From: Flavobacteriales bacterium
GTDB lineage: Bacteria; Bacteroidota; Bacteroidia; Flavobacteriales_F; PHOS-HE28
DNA length: 64,000 nucleotides
Assembly: GCA_016713865.1 (NCBI GenBank)
Contig: JADJOG010000047.1
Location: 26,729 to 90,728 of the forward strand
Reading direction: 5' to 3'
The notes under the pieces are model-generated. The model had not been told where the DNA came from, did no database searches, and was given only the letters and a program-made list of their open reading frames with translations. The translations under genes were made by a program, and so were the position numbers. Shown in pieces: positions 1 through 9,799 of the stretch. Each line of letters starts with the position of its first letter. Within the stretch, counting starts at the first letter, position 1.

Positions 1-218
1 GGATAATCGGGGGTAATTGCCAATGCTCTTTGAAGACAGTCCTTAGCTTCTTCAAGTCTTCCAAGTGTCCGAAGACTGTACGCCATGTTGAGGTAGACCT
101 CATCCCTGTTCCATCCAATTCCACCGCACCTGAAAGGACCGCAATGGCATCTTCGAATTTCTCTTGTTGTGCGAGAGAACCGGCCAAGTAGATCCATGGG
201 ACTGTTGACTCAGGGTTC

Positions 219-491
219 TTAGAAACGGCAGAACGAAAGAGCCTCAGCCTCTGAGAATCGTCCTGCATCGTGATAGAGCTGCGCGTGATTCAGATCCAGC
301 AACCACTCTTTCCCTTTCGGAGCCGTGGAACGATCGATTGAATCATAAATCCGGTGCGCATCTACGCGTCTGCCAACTCTGCGTAGTGCACTGGTGTAAT
401 CAAACAACATCCAAAATGTTGGCTCTTGACCGACTGTCCTCCTCTCGAATTCGGCGATGATCGTTACAGGACCTTTCTCTTGTTGTGACAT
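219..491 (-). CDS. hypothetical protein (90 aa) with TPR-like C-terminus. TPR-like motifs continue in two other frames across 1..218, so this is probably the N-terminal fragment of a disrupted TPR-repeat gene that runs off the window edge.
   Basis: ORF track. C-terminal residues have a TPR-like pattern. The minus-strand translation of 1..218 gives further TPR-like motifs in two frames. Local GC is about 45% against about 63% elsewhere. Confidence 0.35.
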   Translation of the reverse strand: MSQQEKGPVTIIAEFERRTVGQEPTFWMLFDYTSALRRVGRRVDAHRIYDSIDRSTAPKGKEWLLDLNHAQLYHDAGRFSEAEALSFCRF

Positions 492-697
492 TGGAATTCA
501 CAAAGTAACCGATATGCGTTTGCGTGAGGGATAGGAGCAAGTAGCCCGCAGCGAGCCCCGGCTCAAGGCCGGGGGAGCGAGGACTACTGCGCATAGCCCG
601 ACCCCGGCTGCATTGAGCGGGGCACGCCCACACCTCGACCCGCTCGGTGCGACACGTGCCCATCATCCGATCTTCCGATCCTCTAATTGTCGATCCG

Positions 698-1852
698 CTA
701 CTCCACCCAACTCTTCCAGTACTTCCCGTCGTCCAGCTTCAGCGCCTCCTCGGTCACCATCAGGGGCTTGAAGGTGTCCACCATCACGGCGAGTTCGTTC
801 GTCTCCTTCTTGCCGATGCTGCGCTCCATGGCGCCGGGGTGCGGGCCGTGGGGGATGCCGGCGGGGTGCAGGCTGATGTGGCCCGGGCCGATGTCGTTGC
901 GGCTCATGAAGTCGCCGTCCACGTAGTAGAGCACCTCGTCGCTATCGATGTTGCTGTGGTTGTAGGGAGCGGGGATGGCCTGCGGGTGGTAGTCGTAGAG
1001 ACGCGGGCAGAATGAGCAGACGACAAACGCATCTGTCTCAAACGTCTGATGCACGGGCGGCGGCTGATGCACGCGCCCAGTGATCGGCTCGAAGTCGTGG
1101 ATGCTGAAGGCGTAGGGGTAGTTGTAGCCATCCCAACCCACCACATCGAAGGGGTGCGTGGCGTACACCAGCTCGTGCAGCATGTTCTGCTTCTTCACCT
1201 TGATCGTGAAGCTGCCCTTCTCGTCGTGCGTCTCCAATTTCTTCGGGCGACGGATATCGCGCTCGCAGAACGGTGAATGCTCCAGCAGTTGGCCGAACCA
1301 GTTGCGGTAGCGCTTCGGCGTGTACATGGGGCGGTGGCTCTCCACGATGAACAGACGGTTGTCGCCGTCCTGAACTCCATCGTGCATCATCCCGCGCGGG
1401 ATCATCAGGTAGTCGCCGTACTTGAAGTCGATGTTGCCCAGGAAAGTGCGCAACGTGCCGCTGCCCTTGTGGACGAAGATCATCTCATCGCAGTCGGCGT
1501 TCTTGTAGAAGTAGTCCACGCTCTTGGCCTGCGGCGCGGCGAGCACGATGGCGCAATCGCTGTTCACGAGGATGGCCTTGCGCGCGGCGAGGTGGTCCTT
1601 CTCCGGCTTGGTCTTGAAGCCATGCAGCCGCAGCGAGCGCATGTTCTTCTCCACCGCGATCTTCGGCGTGAGGTCCTTGGGCTTGCCCAGCGCCTTCACC
1701 ATGGTGGGGCGGTGCGTGTGGTAGCTCAGCGTGCTCATGCCATCGAAGCCGATGGTGCCGAAGAGCTGCTCGTAGAAATAGCGGTCCTTGCCGTTCTTGA
1801 AGATGGTGTGCCGCTTGTGGGGGATCTTGCCGAGGCTGTGGTAGATGGGCAT
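698..1852 (-). CDS. hmgA: homogentisate 1,2-dioxygenase
   Basis: The C-terminal 384 aa of the 634-aa ORF begin MPIYHSLGKIPHKRHT and carry hallmark HmgA motifs throughout (for example GHISLHPAGIPHGPHPG). The ATG at 1850-1852 was confirmed by codon counting. Confidence 0.85.
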   Translation of the reverse strand: MPIYHSLGKIPHKRHTIFKNGKDRYFYEQLFGTIGFDGMSTLSYHTHRPTMVKALGKPKDLTPKIAVEKNMRSLRLHGFKTKPEKDHLAARKAILVNSDCAIVLAAPQAKSVDYFYKNADCDEMIFVHKGSGTLRTFLGNIDFKYGDYLMIPRGMMHDGVQDGDNRLFIVESHRPMYTPKRYRNWFGQLLEHSPFCERDIRRPKKLETHDEKGSFTIKVKKQNMLHELVYATHPFDVVGWDGYNYPYAFSIHDFEPITGRVHQPPPVHQTFETDAFVVCSFCPRLYDYHPQAIPAPYNHSNIDSDEVLYYVDGDFMSRNDIGPGHISLHPAGIPHGPHPGAMERSIGKKETNELAVMVDTFKPLMVTEEALKLDDGKYWKSWVE

Positions 1853-3081
1853 GGTGTCCGACAGGCATCCTGCCTGTCGCGCTAGTTGGTGAGGGCGCGA
1901 AATTTCGCGCCCGTACTGGTGCTTCGATATGAGCTTCGTCAATTCCGGATGCAGCGTGCCATTCAGCGCGAGCAGTTCCTCTTCCTCGCGGATGCGCTTC
2001 CGTAATCCTTCGGGATCATTGATGGCCTTGGTCTTGGTGCTGCGCGTGCTGCGGCCCTTGCGCCATGCGCGTTGCACTTCGACGGGAAGCTGGTGGATCT
2101 CGCGGCAGCTGGGCGAGCAGCAATCGGCGTAGGTGGTGGCGCACGCCTCGCATTGCACCAGCAGCATGTTGCAGGTGGCCTCGAGGCAGTTGGTGATGCG
2201 GTCGCTCTTGGTGCCGCATTGCATGCAGGTGCTCACCACATCGTCGGTGATGCGCTCGGCCAAGCGCTCATCGAACACGAAGTTCTGGCCGAGGTATTTG
2301 CTCTTCAGCCCCTCGGCTTTCAGTCGCCGCGCGTAGTCGATGATGCCGCCGTGCAATTGCGCCACGTTCGTGAAGCCTTCGTGCTTGAGGTATGCGCTGG
2401 CCTTTTCGCAGCGGATGCCGCCTGTGCAATACAGCAGGATCTCGGGTTGGTTGTCGGGTCGACCCGGAGGGTCGACGCTGCCGGTGCGTTCGACGTCGTC
2501 GTGCTGACCCTGCGACCGCAGCATGTCCACAACCTCCTCGACGCCCCGCGGAATGTATCGGCCTTCGGCAGGTAGGCGCCCTCGAAATGCCCGATCAGGC
2601 ATTCGTAGTTGTTGCGCATGTCGATCACCAGCGCCCCTTGTTCCATCTTCCGGTTGAAGGTCTTCGCGTCGAGATGCTCGCCCACGTTGGTCACGTCATA
2701 GGCGTCGTCGGCCAGGCCATCGGCCACGATCTTCTTCTTCGCTTTGATCGCCAGCTTCAGGAAGCTCTTGCCATCATCTTCCACTGCGATCTTCCATGGC
2801 ACATCGCGCAAGGCTTCGCGGCTGTTCAGGTTGCTGCGGAAAGCTTCGAGTTTCGCGGTGGGCACGCTCACCTGGGCGTTGACTCCCTCTTGCGAGATGT
2901 AGATGCGGCCCAGCACGCCGAGCGCTTCCCATTCCGTGTAGAGGGTGTTGCGCAGGGCTTCCACCTCGGTCAGTCGCACATAGCGGTAGAAGGAGAGGGT
3001 GGTGCGCGGCACGCCTTCGTGCTCTAGTCGAGCGCGCAGAATGTCGGGGCGGTGCAGGTTCCGGAGGCGGTGGGCGTCCAT
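1853..3081 (-). pseudogene. trhO: tRNA uridine(34) hydroxylase TrhO/YceA (rhodanese-domain protein), frameshifted near 2550. It reads through into hmgA with no stop codon.
   Basis: The N-terminal part (MDAHR...TLSFYRYV...PKADTFRG) is in the frame of ORF 2320..3975. The rhodanese [10 protein letters not shown] motif and the Cys-rich tail are in the frame of ORF 698..2602. The shift lies at a C4 run around 2545-2552. Confidence 0.7.
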
Positions 3082-3168
3082 GGCGAAAGTACAGCGGGGC
3101 CTGTGCCGATGCGGCTGCCGAATAGCTTCGCCGACCGCTGGCGTCTGAATGGTCCGCCGCACCAAGCA

Positions 3169-4110
3169 ATGAGCAAGAGAATCCTCGTCATCGGCAGCTC
3201 CGGCCAGATCGGTACCGAACTCGTTGAAGGCCTGCGCGCTCGTTTTGGGAATGAGAACGTGGTGGCCAGCGACATCAAGCAGCCCCAAGTGGAGCAGAGC
3301 GGCCCCTTTGCCATGGTGGATGCCATGGACCGTCGCGGCATCGAGCGCATCATCGACAAGCATGGAATCACAGAGGTCTATCTGCTCGCAGCCTTGCTGA
3401 GCGCCACCGCCGAAAAGGATCCGGCCTTCGCGTGGAAGCTGAACATGGAGAGCCTCTTCATCGTGCTGGAGCTGGCGCGCGAAGGGAAATTGAAGCGTGT
3501 GTATTGGCCCAGCAGCATCGCGGTGTTCGGCCCCACAACGCCGAAGGACAAGACGCCGCAGCAGACCGTGACCGAGCCAACCACGGTGTATGGCATCAGC
3601 AAGCTCGCTGGCGAAGGCTGGTGCCAGTACTACCACAAGCGTTACGGCGTGGATGTGCGCAGCATCCGCTACCCCGGCCTCATCGGCTGGAAGAGCGCGC
3701 CCGGTGGCGGCACCACGGATTACGCGGTACACATCTTCCATGAAGCGATAAAGCACGGCAAGTACACGAGCTTCCTCGGGCCAAAGAGCACGCTGCCCAT
3801 GATGTACATGCCCGACGCCATCCGCGCCACCATCGACCTGATGGAAGCGCCGGCCGAGCAGGTGAAGGTGCGTAACAGCTACAACCTTGCGGGCTTCAGC
3901 TTCGACCCCGAACGGATCGCAGCCGAAGTGCGCCGCCATATTCCCGGCTTCACCATCGACTACGCACCGGATCACCGCCAGGCCATCGCCGATAGTTGGC
4001 CGCGCAGCATCGACGATAGCGTCGCCCGCACCGATTGGGGCTGGAAGCCGCAGTACGACCTCGCGGGCATGGTGGATGAGATGATGGTTAATCTAAAGAG
4101 GTTGATATGA
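3169..4110 (+). CDS. NAD-dependent epimerase/dehydratase family protein, most likely short-chain-type L-threonine 3-dehydrogenase
   Basis: Internal start [19 protein letters not shown] (Rossmann GxxGxxG) within ORF 3052..4110, with YGISK and [10 protein letters not shown] motifs. Length 313 aa. Confidence 0.6.
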   Translation: MSKRILVIGSSGQIGTELVEGLRARFGNENVVASDIKQPQVEQSGPFAMVDAMDRRGIERIIDKHGITEVYLLAALLSATAEKDPAFAWKLNMESLFIVLELAREGKLKRVYWPSSIAVFGPTTPKDKTPQQTVTEPTTVYGISKLAGEGWCQYYHKRYGVDVRSIRYPGLIGWKSAPGGGTTDYAVHIFHEAIKHGKYTSFLGPKSTLPMMYMPDAIRATIDLMEAPAEQVKVRNSYNLAGFSFDPERIAAEVRRHIPGFTIDYAPDHRQAIADSWPRSIDDSVARTDWGWKPQYDLAGMVDEMMVNLKRLI

Positions 4111-4206
4111 GGTTGAGGGTTGATGCGGGTTGAGGGTTGTTCCTTCGCTTCGCTCGGAATGACAGGGTTGATGCGTGTTGAGGGTTGAATGCGCCCAATC
4201 CTCAAC
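4101..4206. repeat. MITE-like intergenic repeat, copy A. Terminal inverted repeats GGTTGAGGGTTG / CAATCCTCAACC flank the core GTTCCTTCGCTTCGCTCGGAAT.
   Basis: Direct sequence comparison with copy B at about 61038..61168. Both share the 22-nt core and G-rich terminal inverted repeats. The element overlaps the stop codon of the upstream gene. Confidence 0.6.
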
Positions 4207-4270
4207 TTCGAGTCCGGTGCAACCTTCATTCGACCTGAGCCGTTTCGCGCCTCGCGAAGCACAACACGCC

Positions 4271-5143
4271 ATGATTCGTCAATTCACTCTTCTGTTTCTC
4301 CTGCTCGTAGCAGGTCGCGTTGCCGCATTGGCCCAGGACACCCTGAACGTGATGGACGAGATGGGCCGCAAGCAGGGCTACTGGAAGGTGCTGGCCCCGA
4401 AAGCGGAGAAGCCCGAGTACAACGATGGCCAACTGATCGAGGAAGGCCGCTACAGCAATAGCAAGCGCGTGGGCACATGGAAGCGCTATTGGCCCAACGG
4501 CAATGTGATGAGCGAGATCAACTACCAGATGGGTCGTCCGAAGGGCGACTACCGCACCTACTACCCCACAGGGAAAGTGGAGGAGCAGGGTACCTGGGAT
4601 CTGGATCGCAACACCGGCAAATTCCAGCGTTGGCACCCGAATGGGAAGCTCGCGCAGGATTTCATCTTCAACGCTTATGGCGTGCGCGATGGCGAGCAGA
4701 AGTACTACCACGAGAACGGACAGCTTGCCGTGGCGGTGAACGTTGAAGAAGGCAAGGAAGACGGAACATTGAAGCGATACGACCCCAATGGCCAGGTCAC
4801 GCAAGTGGCGCAGTTCAACGATGGCGTGATCAACGAAGCCAACAGCAAGTGGATCAAGCCCGTACCCAAGGCCGACGATGTGAAGGTGGACCCGAAGGCC
4901 GAGGCCGCGCCTGCCCCAGCACCTACCGAGCGCACCAACGCCATGGTATTCCGCGAGAACGGCTACAACACGCTCTACGACAAGCAGCTCCGCCTCTCGC
5001 AGCAGGGCGAATTCAAGGATGGCCGCCTGTGGGACGGCAAGCGCTACGAGTACGATAGCGATGGCCTCTTGAAACGGATCAAAATCTTCAAGCAGGGCCG
5101 CTACTTGGGCGATGCCGTCATCACCGAGGAGGACCTGAAGTAG
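4271..5143 (+). CDS. MORN-repeat / YwqK-family lipoprotein
   Basis: Signal peptide MIRQFTLLFLLLVAGRVAALAQ. Repeated Y(W)PNG...EG.W MORN-like units. Confidence 0.65.
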   Translation: MIRQFTLLFLLLVAGRVAALAQDTLNVMDEMGRKQGYWKVLAPKAEKPEYNDGQLIEEGRYSNSKRVGTWKRYWPNGNVMSEINYQMGRPKGDYRTYYPTGKVEEQGTWDLDRNTGKFQRWHPNGKLAQDFIFNAYGVRDGEQKYYHENGQLAVAVNVEEGKEDGTLKRYDPNGQVTQVAQFNDGVINEANSKWIKPVPKADDVKVDPKAEAAPAPAPTERTNAMVFRENGYNTLYDKQLRLSQQGEFKDGRLWDGKRYEYDSDGLLKRIKIFKQGRYLGDAVITEEDLK

Positions 5144-5440
5144 CGCGCGCCATCAAGCGGTCTGCTAGATGTTTTGCCTTGGCTTTCTTGTTTGTCATGT
5201 GAAGCATTCCGCCGGTTTGCATTGCGAATAACCGCATCACTGAGCGAGGACCAGCCATTCAGCTCGGCCAGCACGGAGGCGCAGCTTGACTGAAGCGCCG
5301 CGCATTCCAGCGGATGTCACATCTTCGGCGATGATTCGTGTCCGCTTCGGATAGGAGCATCATCGCAACACAGGCCCGTGCCAATCGAGTCCAGCGAAAG
5401 CCCGCGCATCCGCAGTACTGGCCATGTGGCTGTTCCTGCG

Positions 5441-7171
5441 ATGGAGCGCTTCCTCTACATCGCCATCGCGGCGCTGGTATTCGCCTACGTGATGGTGCGC
5501 GCGATCTCGATCCCGCTCGTGCACGACGAGTCGGTCTCCTTCCTCAACTACGCGCAAACAGGCGATTTCCTGCCCTTCGCTTCCATTTGGGACGCGAACA
5601 ACCACTTCCTCAGCAGCCTCTGCGGCCACATCGGCTATCGGCTCTTCGGCTTCCACCTGCTCGCGCTACGGTGGGCGAGCGTGCTGGCTTTCCCTGTGTA
5701 CGCGTGGGCCGCGTGGCGCATGGGCCTGCTCTTGCAGCATCGGCAGGCACGCTGGCCGCTCTGGCTCGGCCTTCTCCTGTGCCCATTCCTGCTCGATTTC
5801 TTCTCGGTGTTCCGAGGCTACGGCCCGGCGCTGGCGTGCATGCTCTGGTCGCTCTATTTCGCGCAGCGCTTCCTGAAGGATGGCTCGCATGCGGCATTGT
5901 CGAAGTCGCTCGTCTTCATGGCCACGGCCAATGGATTCATGCTCGCGCTGGTGCCGCTCTGGGGCCTCACGCTCTTCGCGCTGCTGCTGCGCTGCCGGCA
6001 ACGCGGCGCGCTCATGCGCTGGGTGGTGCTTGGTCTGCTGCCACTCATCGGTGCTGCGGGCCTCAGCATGCTCATGTCGCGTTTCGGGTTGTTGTACCAT
6101 GGCACCCTCGACGGTTTCCTGCACGTCACGGTGGGCTCGTTGGCTTGGCGTGTGTTCGGCATGGATACGGGGCTCATCCGTGCCGCGATGCTCTTCGCCA
6201 CGATAGCCGGCATGCTGATCCTTGCAATCACGGGCTCGCGACGCAACGCGCTCGCTGACCATGGCCTCTTCTTCGCCGCGCTGCTCCTGGCCGAATCGTT
6301 CGGACGTGTGTTCTTGGCGCACATCGTCGGTGTCAATTACGCGGAAGACCGGGCTGCTTTGCACGCGCTGGTGCTGGCGATCCTGGTTGTTGGTTTCGCG
6401 GCGGATCGGCTCGCCGGGATGATTCGTTTCGGCTGGGCTTTTGGTGTGCTGCTTCTGGCTCTTCCCATCCGAACGCTGCTGCACGCCAACCTGGACCGAA
6501 CGGTGCTGTGGCCTGAGCAATCGATACCGGATAGCTTCATCGTGAAGGTGATGGAAGCGGAGAAGCAATTGGGCCGGCCCCTGCTCATGGGCGTGCATCG
6601 CCACGCGGGATTGCCATACGCCTTGCAGTTGAGGCGACTTGGCGGCGATGGCGATGCCACGGCGGTCCAATGGCCGAATTCACCTACCGATGCGCGCCTC
6701 GAACTGCGTGGCCTTACCTACTTCCACGATCCGCATTTCGCGCTGGTCGATAGTGCTGCCAGTGGGCTGCTGCTTTACATGCGCAAGGAGCCATGGCGCG
6801 GACGCGAGTTCATGGATACCGCGTTCCACGTGCAGTCGGTCGGGCTGGAACGGTCGCAGGGTATTCTGATTACGGCGGATAGGGTGCGGGCTGGCAAAGT
6901 GGTCCTTGTGGCGAATGGCACCTTGAGCGGTCCGGGTCCGCTGGATCTGCGCGTGTCCATTGGCGTGTTCGATTCCACCGGTCAGGCGCTGCATGGCGAT
7001 CACACCGTGCTGGCCACGCGTCGGGCTATATGGAATGGCGAATCGTGGCGCTCGGCATTGATCATTCCGCGATTCCCGGATGCGGCGCGTGTGGAGTTCT
7101 TCCTTTGGGAGCCCCGGCGCCAGACATTCACTGTGGAGCATGCGCGACTTCGCGCCCTAGCGATGGATTGA
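5441..7171 (+). CDS. polytopic membrane protein, ArnT/PMT_2 (GT39)-like glycosyltransferase family, with a C-terminal soluble domain
   Basis: About 350 aa of hydrophobic helices followed by a soluble domain. Start MERFLYIAIAALVFAYV chosen. Confidence 0.4.
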   Translation: MERFLYIAIAALVFAYVMVRAISIPLVHDESVSFLNYAQTGDFLPFASIWDANNHFLSSLCGHIGYRLFGFHLLALRWASVLAFPVYAWAAWRMGLLLQHRQARWPLWLGLLLCPFLLDFFSVFRGYGPALACMLWSLYFAQRFLKDGSHAALSKSLVFMATANGFMLALVPLWGLTLFALLLRCRQRGALMRWVVLGLLPLIGAAGLSMLMSRFGLLYHGTLDGFLHVTVGSLAWRVFGMDTGLIRAAMLFATIAGMLILAITGSRRNALADHGLFFAALLLAESFGRVFLAHIVGVNYAEDRAALHALVLAILVVGFAADRLAGMIRFGWAFGVLLLALPIRTLLHANLDRTVLWPEQSIPDSFIVKVMEAEKQLGRPLLMGVHRHAGLPYALQLRRLGGDGDATAVQWPNSPTDARLELRGLTYFHDPHFALVDSAASGLLLYMRKEPWRGREFMDTAFHVQSVGLERSQGILITADRVRAGKVVLVANGTLSGPGPLDLRVSIGVFDSTGQALHGDHTVLATRRAIWNGESWRSALIIPRFPDAARVEFFLWEPRRQTFTVEHARLRALAMD

Positions 7172-7291
7172 CGCACGCCTGCCGGCGCGGCGATTCCCCC
7201 TTACTTGCTTCGCCTGTGATCGCAAGCGGGCCTGCGGTTCCAAGGCCGCCCTACTTTCGCGCGGCCGCGTAAGAAATGGACGCGGTTCAGC

Positions 7292-8776
7292 ATGACCGCG
7301 CTCGCCAAAGGACCGCTCTTCATCACCAACACACTCACGCGTCGCAAGGAGGAATTCAAACCGCTGCGCCCGCCGCATGTAGGCCTGTATGTGTGCGGCC
7401 CTACCGTTTACAGCGACGTGCATCTGGGCAACGTGCGCAGCTTCCTCACCTTCGATGTGCTCTACCGTTGGCTGCGGCAACTCGGCTATACCGTGCGTTA
7501 CGTGCGCAACATCACCGATGTGGGCCACTTGGTGGACGACATTGACGAGGGTGAGGACAAGATCGCGAAGCGCGCCCGGCTGGAGCAGCTGGAGCCCATG
7601 GAGATCGTGCAGAAGTACACCAATGGCTTCCATGATGTCATGCGGTTGTTCAACATCCTGCCGCCGAGCATCGAGCCCACGGCGACGGGCCACCTGATCG
7701 AGCAGATCGAGATGGTGAAGCGGATCATCGGCAGCGGCTACGGCTACGAGGCGAATGGCAGCGTTTATTTCGATGTGCCACGCTTCGCGGAGAAGCATGC
7801 CTACGGCGAGTTGAGCGGACGCAAGATCGACGAACTGCTGGCCAACACCCGCGACACCGAAGGCATGGACGAGAAGCGCAGTCCGCTCGATTTCGCGATC
7901 TGGAAGAAGGCCGAGCCGCAGCACCTGATGAAGTGGCCCAGCCCTTGGGGCGAAGGCTTCCCCGGCTGGCACCTGGAGTGCAGCGCCATGAGCACCAAGT
8001 ACCTGGGCCAGACCTTCGACATACACGGCGGCGGCATGGACCTGAAGTTCCCGCATCACGAGTGCGAGATCGCGCAGAGCGTGGCCGCCGATGGCCATGC
8101 GCCCGTGCGCTACTGGATGCACGGCAACATGCTCACCGTGAATGGCCGGAAGATGGCCAAGAGCGAGGGCAACGGATTCACGCCGGAAGAGCTGCTCACC
8201 GGCAACCACAAGTTGCTGGAGAAAGGCTACAGCGCCATGACGGTGCGCTTCTTCATGCTGCAATGCCATTACGCCAGCACGCTCGATTTCAGCAATGCGG
8301 CCATGCAAGCCTCGGAGAAAGGTCTGGAGCGCTTGATGAAAGCGATGGCGCTATTGCCGAAGCTGAAGCCTGCTGACGCCGATGAAGCTGACATCTCCGC
8401 CTTGGAGCAGCGCTGCCACGCCGCGATGAACGACGACCTGAACACGCCGGTGATGATCGCCGAGCTGTTCGAGGCCGTGCGCATCATCAACAGCGCCAAC
8501 GATGGCAAACTGAAGCTCACCGCGGCATCCATTGAGTTGCTGCAATCGCTCATGCACAGCATGGTGCGCGATGTGCTCGGCATCCGTGACGAGGCCGATG
8601 CTTCACAAGGCAACGACAACGCGCTCGATGCGCTCGTGGGCGAGTTCATCCGCTTGCGCGCTGAGGCCAAGGGCCGCAAGGACTTCGCCACCAGTGATGC
8701 GATACGCGATCGGTTAGCAGCCATCGGCATCGTACTGAAGGACACGAAAGAGGGAACCACATGGGAACGCGCGTGA
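7292..8776 (+). CDS. cysS: cysteine--tRNA ligase
   Basis: [13 protein letters not shown] (HIGH region), KMAKSEGN (KMSKS), C-terminal anticodon-binding domain. Length 494 aa. Confidence 0.9.
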   Translation: MTALAKGPLFITNTLTRRKEEFKPLRPPHVGLYVCGPTVYSDVHLGNVRSFLTFDVLYRWLRQLGYTVRYVRNITDVGHLVDDIDEGEDKIAKRARLEQLEPMEIVQKYTNGFHDVMRLFNILPPSIEPTATGHLIEQIEMVKRIIGSGYGYEANGSVYFDVPRFAEKHAYGELSGRKIDELLANTRDTEGMDEKRSPLDFAIWKKAEPQHLMKWPSPWGEGFPGWHLECSAMSTKYLGQTFDIHGGGMDLKFPHHECEIAQSVAADGHAPVRYWMHGNMLTVNGRKMAKSEGNGFTPEELLTGNHKLLEKGYSAMTVRFFMLQCHYASTLDFSNAAMQASEKGLERLMKAMALLPKLKPADADEADISALEQRCHAAMNDDLNTPVMIAELFEAVRIINSANDGKLKLTAASIELLQSLMHSMVRDVLGIRDEADASQGNDNALDALVGEFIRLRAEAKGRKDFATSDAIRDRLAAIGIVLKDTKEGTTWERA

Positions 8777-9723
8777 TTGCAATTGACTGTCGGCCGTGGG
8801 CGGCAAGCAGTTGGCTGGCTGTCGCGAAGTCGTGCCTACTGCCAACTGCTTACTGCCTACTGCTCCTGCTCTCCGGCTGCAACACTGATGGCCCCGACGA
8901 ATCCTCATCGGCCAACACTCAGCATACCGCCTGCGCCGATTGGATGGTAGCCAAGCTGAAAAGCTACGGGGCCGATGTGATCGAGCAGCGCAGCACCGTG
9001 AAAGCATACAACGGCAAGGAGCTGCCATTGCGCAACATCATCGCATCCTTCAATCCCATGGCGAAGGCCCGCATCCTTCTGCTCGCGCATTATGACACGC
9101 GCCCCATGGCCGATAAGGATTCAGATCGCCCCCACGAGCCCATCCTTGGCGCCAACGATGGCGGCAGCGGCGTGGGCATCCTGCTCGAGTTGGCGCGGCA
9201 CCTCGGCGGCAAGCAGCACGGCCCCGGCGTTGACCTGCTCTTCACCGATGTGGAGGATTACGGCCAGCCCAGCGGCGCCATGACGGTGGATGAGAAGAGC
9301 ATCGACACATGGGCGTTGGGCTCGCAATACTTCGCCAAGAACCCGCATGTGCCGGGCTACACTGCGCGCTTCGGCATCCTGCTCGACATGTGCGGCGCCA
9401 AGGATGCGCGCTTCTACCGCGAAGCCATCAGCATGCAGTTCGCAGCGGGCATCGTCACCAAGGTGTGGCGCACCGCGGAATCGCTCGGCTATGGCGATCG
9501 CTTCGTGCAGGAGACCAAATACTTCGTGGGAACGGATGACCACCTGCCCATCAACCGAGCAGCTCCGGATCCCCACCATCGACATCATCGAGTTCAACGC
9601 GGGCACCAACGCCTTCCACCCGAGCTGGCACACCCACGGCGACGACATGAGACGTGATCGATGCCGCAACGCTTAACGCTGGTTGGCCGCACCGTGCTCG
9701 AGGTGATGTGGAAAGAACGTTGA
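8761..9723 (+). pseudogene. M28-family zinc peptidase (glutaminyl-cyclase-like) lipoprotein, with at least two frameshifts in the C-terminal region
   Basis: LLLLSGC lipobox, HYDTRP and GANDGGSGVGILLE M28 motifs. The C-terminus ...IPTIDIIEFNAGTNAFHPSWHTHGDDM lies in a second frame (ORF 9290..9676) and a further shift occurs near 9660. Confidence 0.55.
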
Positions 9724-9799
9724 AGCGAGCGCGACGATGACGCAAACGGAAGAGGCCCGAGCATCGCTCGGGCCGCTTCCGTACTGGATGACCTTTTGT

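Noticed and set aside
548-630. Two GC-rich palindromes downstream of hmgA as intrinsic terminators.
   Set aside because: Neither stem is followed by a U-tract on the relevant (minus) strand. They may still form structure, but a terminator call is not supported.
1853-2602. Genuine bifunctional TrhO-HmgA fusion protein.
   Set aside because: TrhO is already frameshifted 5' of this segment, and the window shows pervasive indels. A missing stop codon is more parsimoniously another indel.
5666-6670. Long alternative-frame ORFs overlapping strong genes (for example 5666..6670(-), 7157..8308(-), 31684..32778(-), 45607..47103(+), 52592..53806(-), 58035..59006(-), 19196..19852(+)).
   Set aside because: Typical shadow ORFs of 63% GC DNA. 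They are Arg/Ala/Gly/His-rich, low-complexity, antisense to genes with clear homology, and have no domain signatures.
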